A DNA stretch of 64,000 nt from Arenicellales bacterium (GTDB lineage: Bacteria > Pseudomonadota > Gammaproteobacteria > Arenicellales > JAHEKD01): positions 214,805 to 278,804 of the forward strand of contig CBDCFC010000025.1 in NCBI GenBank assembly GCA_965215945.1, read 5' to 3'. Under the pieces are notes generated by a model, which did no database searches, was not told the DNA's origin, and saw nothing but the letters and a program-made list of their open reading frames with translations. Of this stretch, positions 59,295 to 64,000 are shown piece after piece. Made by a program: the position numbers and the translations under genes. How positions within the stretch are numbered: position 1 is the stretch's first letter; each line of letters begins with the position of its first letter.

Positions 59295-61718
59295 ATGAAA
59301 TCAAATTATCAGGTCGTGGTCATCGGCGGCGGTGTGGTCGGTGCCTCGGTTATATATCACCTGGCTAAATACGGCTGGACGGATGTTTGTATTATCGAGC
59401 GCAATGTTCTGACGGCTGGTTCGTCCTGGCATGCGGCAGGTGGCATACACGCCTTGAACGCGGATCCAAACATGGCCGCGCTTCAGGCTTACACCATCGA
59501 CTTGCTGTCAGAAATTGAAGAGGAAAGCGGCCAGGACATCAACTTGCACATGACCGGCGGCATTACTGTTGCATCGGCACCCGCGCGCTGGGAATGGCTG
59601 CAATCGGCTTACCGTATCTTTCAGACCATCGGTATTGAAGACTGTTATTTGATGACTCCTCAAGAAATAAAAGAAAAATGTCCCATCATGGATACCGAGG
59701 GTGTAATTGGCGGTTTATGGGCAGATCGTGAAGGTTATATTGACACCACTGGAACCGTGCACGCCTATGCCAGGGCCGCTAAAAAAAGAGGAGCCGATGT
59801 CATTGAACACAATCGAGTACTTGAACTTAACCAACGTAATGATGGCAGCTGGGATGTGGTGACTGAAAAAGGAAATGTTCATGCTGAGCATGTTGTTAAT
59901 GCCGGCGGGCTTTGGGCCAAACAAGTAGGCCGTATGGTTGGGTTGGAATTGCCTGTTTCGCCGCTTGAGCATCATTACTTAGTGACGGAAACTATTCCGG
60001 AAGTGGCTGCGTTAGATTTTGAAGTGCCAATGACAGTTGACCTGGAAGGCTTCACCTACATGCGCCAGGATCAACATGGCATTTTGGTCGGTATTTATGA
60101 GATTAATCACAAGCACTGGAATGTCGATGGTGCGCCCTGGAGTTACGGCATCGAGTTGATTCAGGAAGACACAGATCGCATTGCTGATGAATTGACTATG
60201 GCCTTTAACCGCTATCCCTGTCTGCAAGAAGTGGGAATTAAAAACTGGGTCAACGGTGCGTTTACATTTTCACCGGATGGTAATCCTTTGGTTGGACCGG
60301 TTCGAAGTGTTAAAAACTACTGGTTGGCCTGTGGTGTTATGGCAGGTTTCCTACAAGGCGGCGGTGTCGGTAAGACATTAGCAGAATGGATGATTCATGG
60401 TGATACTGAAGCAGATGCCTGGTCTATGGATATTGCCCGTTATGGTGACTTCGCCTCTAACCGTGAATACATCAAACAAACAACCGGTCAATTCTATTCC
60501 CGCCGTTTTGTGATGACGTATCCGAATGAGCAATTGCCCGCAGGTCGTCCACTGAAAAAGTCATCAGCTTATGATGCCATGACCAAAGCGGGTGCTTTAT
60601 GGGGATGTAGTTGGGGACTGGAAGTGCCCTTAATGTTTGGGCCTGAAGGGTTTGTTGAAGAACCAACTCTTAAGCGTTCTAATGCCTTTGATGTAGTGGC
60701 TGAAGAATGTAAAGCAGTTCGTGAGAAAGTTGGCTTATTGGATATTTCCGGTTTTTCCCGTTATGAAGTCTCTGGCGTTGATGCCGAAGCTTGGTTGAAT
60801 AAAATGATGTCTACCCGATTGCCTAAACCAGGTCGAGCGCGTTTAGCCGTCATGCTGTCACCGGAGGGTAAGCTCAAAGGTGATTTAACGCTGTTTAACT
60901 GGGGTGATGGCAGTTGGTGGATCATGGGTTCCTATTATTTGCGTGAATGGCACATGCGCTGGTTTGAAGACCATATTACAGCCGATGACGGGGATGTGAC
61001 GGTACGTGATATTTCTGATGCGGTGGTCGGCTTTTCGATTTCCGGGCCTAATGCTAGAGATGTTCTCGCCAAACTCACTCACGAAGACGTCAGCAATGAA
61101 GCCCTGCCATTTATGGGTTGTAAAACCATGGATGTTGGATTGATTCGCGCCAAAGTAGGTCGGCTTTCAGTGGTGGGTGAGCGCGGATACGAGATCAACT
61201 GCAGTGCTGCGGAACATATCACGCTGCGGGAAATTCTGCTTGAAACTGGGGCCGAGTTTGATATTCGTGAAGTCGGTTATTACGCATTAAACTCATTACG
61301 TCTGGAAAAAAGTTTCGGTATCTGGTCGTGCGAATTCCGCCAGGAATATACACCCGGCATGACCAGTATGGATCGCTGGATCGACTTCAGCAAAGAAGAC
61401 TTTCATGGTCGCGAAGCGGCTCTAAAAGAGAAAGAAGAAAATTCGGCTTCGATGAAATTAGTGACGCTTGAAATTGACAGTAAAGATGCGGATGCCAGCG
61501 GTTATGAGCCAATCTGGAAAGACGGCAAGCGCATCGGTTATGTCACCTCAGGTGGTTATGGCCATACAATTGGCAAAAGCTTGGCTATGGCTTTGGTTGA
61601 ACCTGATCTTGCAACACCCGGCACGGAGTTGAGTGCTCACATTGTCGGTGTTGAATGCGGTGCCAGGGTCATCGAGCCTTCGCCTTATGATCCAAGTGGT
61701 CAAAATATGCGCGGCTAA
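59295..61718 (+). CDS. dimethylglycine dehydrogenase-like FAD oxidoreductase fused to a GcvT-type folate-binding aminomethyltransferase domain
   Basis: Start set at MKSNYQVVVIGGGVVGAS (ATG 59295, AAGAGGAG Shine-Dalgarno). 807 aa. The C-terminal half is GcvT-like (GYEINCSAAE, YYALNSLRLEKSF). Confidence 0.85.
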   Translation: MKSNYQVVVIGGGVVGASVIYHLAKYGWTDVCIIERNVLTAGSSWHAAGGIHALNADPNMAALQAYTIDLLSEIEEESGQDINLHMTGGITVASAPARWEWLQSAYRIFQTIGIEDCYLMTPQEIKEKCPIMDTEGVIGGLWADREGYIDTTGTVHAYARAAKKRGADVIEHNRVLELNQRNDGSWDVVTEKGNVHAEHVVNAGGLWAKQVGRMVGLELPVSPLEHHYLVTETIPEVAALDFEVPMTVDLEGFTYMRQDQHGILVGIYEINHKHWNVDGAPWSYGIELIQEDTDRIADELTMAFNRYPCLQEVGIKNWVNGAFTFSPDGNPLVGPVRSVKNYWLACGVMAGFLQGGGVGKTLAEWMIHGDTEADAWSMDIARYGDFASNREYIKQTTGQFYSRRFVMTYPNEQLPAGRPLKKSSAYDAMTKAGALWGCSWGLEVPLMFGPEGFVEEPTLKRSNAFDVVAEECKAVREKVGLLDISGFSRYEVSGVDAEAWLNKMMSTRLPKPGRARLAVMLSPEGKLKGDLTLFNWGDGSWWIMGSYYLREWHMRWFEDHITADDGDVTVRDISDAVVGFSISGPNARDVLAKLTHEDVSNEALPFMGCKTMDVGLIRAKVGRLSVVGERGYEINCSAAEHITLREILLETGAEFDIREVGYYALNSLRLEKSFGIWSCEFRQEYTPGMTSMDRWIDFSKEDFHGREAALKEKEENSASMKLVTLEIDSKDADASGYEPIWKDGKRIGYVTSGGYGHTIGKSLAMALVEPDLATPGTELSAHIVGVECGARVIEPSPYDPSGQNMRG

Positions 61719-61805
61719 AATCATGTGATGGGATATAAAGTCTCTATTATTTTAATGTTTAACCCGTTGTGTATTTAGATTTATATATTTAAGCTACTAT
61801 TGCCA

Positions 61806-61847
61806 GGCTCGTCATTGTGGAATTTCCAAAGGAAATATCCGCAATCC
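61806..61847. repeat. REP-like palindromic unit (diverged)
   Basis: GGCTCGTCATTGTGGAATTTCCAAAGGAAATATCCGCAATCC has the same GTCAT...stem-loop...ATCC layout as the other units. Confidence 0.45.
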
Positions 61848-62107
61848 AACGGCTTTTCTTACTACTCAGTGAATACAGTGGAGATTAACCCTTTGAAGAA
61901 GTACGTTGAAACGGGCGTGAGTTGAAATCAGTGTTCTACAAGTTCTTGCTATTCTTTAGTGATTTAACCGCGTTGAGATTTTTCTGATCCATGCTAATGA
62001 GTCCTGGTAGCATATCAATTTTTTCCAGGCCTAATTCACCGTACATTTTGAAACACCAACTTGGCGTCTGTGATTATGGTGTTGTTAGAAATGTCAATGA
62101 ATGCCGG

Positions 62108-62150
62108 ATTCGTCATCCTGAACTTGATTCAGGACCGGCATGACGAAAAT
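62108..62150. repeat. REP-like palindromic unit (variant)
   Basis: TTCGTCATCCTGAACTTGATTCAGGACCGGCATGACGAA. Its CCGGCATGACGAA tail also occurs at 49978-49990 inside the MITE. Confidence 0.4.
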
Positions 62151-62292
62151 GTAGTTAACGGGGCAGCCGTGAAATCAAGTAGAATGATACACCATTAAGT
62201 TTGAGGTAATAAACTATCGGAATTCAATGTGACAAGGGAGATTTGAAAATACCACTACCAGAAAAAACAAGTCAGTAACACAGAGGAGTTGT

Positions 62293-63705
62293 GTGAATTT
62301 TTTTAATGAAATGTATGAGGGTGACGTGATTCGTTCACCCTACGCTTCGATTATTGAATGGGTTAACTCGGCTGACCCGGCAGAATTAAAACAGCGCCAG
62401 CAGGAAGCCGAAGTTATATTTCATGAATTGGGCATCACCTTCTCGGTTTACGGTGAAGACGGTGGTGATACCGAGCGCTTGATTCCTTTTGACATCATGC
62501 CGCGTATTTTTACTGCACAGGAATGGCGGCGCCTGGAACGAGGAGTGAAGCAGCGCGCCCGGGCTCTTAATGCCTTTATCTGGGATGTTTATCATAGAGG
62601 GGAAATTATTCGTTCCGGAAAAATCCCGGCAAGCCTAGTATATAAAAACAAAGCCTATGAACCCAGTGTTGTCGGTGTATCGCCGGCTCGCAATGTGTTT
62701 TCACATGTGGTTGGGATCGACCTGGTGCGCACCGGTCCGGATGAGTTTTATGTGCTGGAGGATAATTGTCGAACCCCGTCCGGGGTCTCCTATATGCTGG
62801 AAAATCGTGAAGTGATGATGCGTTTGCTGCCTAATTTATTTCACTCATCGCGAATAAGGCCGATAGATGATTATGCTGTACAACTGCGTAGAACACTATG
62901 CTCGGTTGCACCGATAAAATGTGAGGGGGAGCCTACGGTGGTCGTGCTGACTCCTGGCATCTACAACTCAGCTTATTATGAACATTCTTTTCTTGCCAAT
63001 CAGATGGGTATTGAACTGGTCGAAGGCCGGGATTTGTTTGTCGAGGGTGATTTTGTCTACATGCGTACCACGCAGGGGCCGCAGCGGGTCGATGTGATCT
63101 ATCGCCGCATTGATGATGATTTTATTGATCAGTTATGTTTCCGTGCGGACTCTATGCTGGGTGTCGCGGGCTTGATGAATGTGTATCGTACAGGTGGTGT
63201 GCAAATTTGTTCCGCGCCGGGTACCGGGATTGCGGATGATAAAGCTGTTTATACATATATCCCCGATATGATCCGCTTTTATCTGGGCGAGCAGCCGATC
63301 TTGAATAATGTCCAGACATGGCGTTGTTCCGAAGCGGATGAACTGAGCTATGTGCTTGAGCATCTGTCTGAATTAGTGGTCAAAGAAGTGCATGGATCAG
63401 GAGGTTATGGCATGTTGGTGGGTCCTGCCTCGACAAAGGCTGAAATTGATGCTTATGCACTGCGTATCAAGCAGGACCCGAGTAACTTTATTGCTCAACC
63501 AACACTGTCCTTATCAACTTGCCCGACATTTGTTGATCAGGAACTGGCCCCGCGTCATGTTGATTTACGCCCATACTGTCTGGTGGGTGAAAAAGTCCAT
63601 CTATGCCCGGGCGGTTTGACACGTGTGGCCTTGAACGAAGGATCGTTAGTGGTTAACTCGTCACAGGGTGGAGGCGTCAAAGACACCTGGGTGTTGGCAG
63701 AATGA
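62293..63705 (+). CDS. circularly permuted ATP-grasp type 2 protein (DUF404-like)
   Basis: 470 aa with a GTG start after GAGGAG. The sequence and the alpha-E gene immediately downstream match the known gene pair. Confidence 0.8.
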   Translation: MNFFNEMYEGDVIRSPYASIIEWVNSADPAELKQRQQEAEVIFHELGITFSVYGEDGGDTERLIPFDIMPRIFTAQEWRRLERGVKQRARALNAFIWDVYHRGEIIRSGKIPASLVYKNKAYEPSVVGVSPARNVFSHVVGIDLVRTGPDEFYVLEDNCRTPSGVSYMLENREVMMRLLPNLFHSSRIRPIDDYAVQLRRTLCSVAPIKCEGEPTVVVLTPGIYNSAYYEHSFLANQMGIELVEGRDLFVEGDFVYMRTTQGPQRVDVIYRRIDDDFIDQLCFRADSMLGVAGLMNVYRTGGVQICSAPGTGIADDKAVYTYIPDMIRFYLGEQPILNNVQTWRCSEADELSYVLEHLSELVVKEVHGSGGYGMLVGPASTKAEIDAYALRIKQDPSNFIAQPTLSLSTCPTFVDQELAPRHVDLRPYCLVGEKVHLCPGGLTRVALNEGSLVVNSSQGGGVKDTWVLAE

Positions 63706-63721
63706 GTTCAGGTATGAATTT

Positions 63722-64000
63722 ATGTTAAGTCGAACGGCAGAATCACTTTACTGGGCGGCACGCTATATGGAGCGGGCGGATACTGTCGCCAGCTTGCTTG
63801 ATGTGGGCTATCGAATGTCGATGATGCCGGCTGAACAAGGTGGATTGAATAACGAATGGGAATCAGTGCTGATTTCGGCCGGCGTCCTGAAACTTTTTAA
63901 CGAGAAATATTCCGAGATCAGCCAGCAAAATGTCACTGATTTTTTATTTTTTGAGCGGGATAACCCATCCAGTGTAATCTCATGTATTACTGCGGCGCGT
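63722..64000 (+). CDS. alpha-E domain protein (DUF403-like); 3' end lies outside the window
   Basis: MLSRTAESLYWAARYMERADTVASLLDVGY is the typical N-terminus of the alpha-E partner of CP ATP-grasp proteins. The frame is open to the window end. Confidence 0.7.
   Translation, partial: MLSRTAESLYWAARYMERADTVASLLDVGYRMSMMPAEQGGLNNEWESVLISAGVLKLFNEKYSEISQQNVTDFLFFERDNPSSVISCITAAR

Noticed and set aside
61942-62052. A 36-codon minus-strand ORF (MYGELGLEKIDMLPGLISMDQKNLNAVKSLKNSKNL) in the long intergenic region upstream of the ATP-grasp gene.
   Set aside because: It has no ribosome-binding site, no recognisable family and no partner gene. It cannot be distinguished from chance.

Overview
This 64-kb window looks like chromosome from a marine-type gammaproteobacterium. 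GC appears moderate by eye; I did not compute it. About 55 protein-coding genes are supportable. I saw no rRNA, tRNA or CRISPR. The ordinary blocks are a peptide-type ABC importer operon (13.3-19.2 kb), a complete beta-oxidation cluster (fadE, TetR, fadD, fadH, a dehydrogenase/hydratase and fadA, 25.4-36.3 kb), an aldehyde dehydrogenase, a Tas-like aldo-keto reductase and an asparaginase-II. The best candidates for something undescribed are these. (1) At 0.7-7.5 kb, a tightly coupled GT4-GT4-histidine-phosphatase operon faces an 896-aa ABC protein. Its Walker A, signature and Walker B motifs are all degenerate, and its post-Q-loop segment is present three times. (2) At 55.6-61.7 kb, a locus appears to encode all three demethylation steps from glycine betaine to glycine: an MttB/MtgB-like methyltransferase, a DMGDH-like enzyme and a SoxB-like oxidase. 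No corrinoid partner is visible, and the MttB gene is broken by a 1-nt homopolymer frameshift. (3) At 7.5-10.7 kb there is an AT-rich islet with a Gp49/HigB-like toxin-antitoxin pair, an Mrr-type nuclease and an uncharacterised serine hydrolase. Other notable content includes an IS4-family element with a nonsense-mutated transposase inserted in the loop of a REP-like hairpin, and a 411-bp MITE with a related terminal repeat that duplicated a start codon. There is also a family of short palindromic repeats clustered around the fad genes, and a 234-bp element bounded by inverted repeats that could be a MITE or a 6S-like RNA. Decay is visible in a twice-frameshifted vanadium-haloperoxidase-like gene and in a deletion scar that fuses two 5'-truncated genes. 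Two unusual proteins are an IDH-like enzyme with an internal duplication and a lipoprotein built from about thirteen 69-nt repeats. The window ends in a circularly permuted ATP-grasp / alpha-E pair. All family assignments come from reading motifs in the translations; no database search was run.
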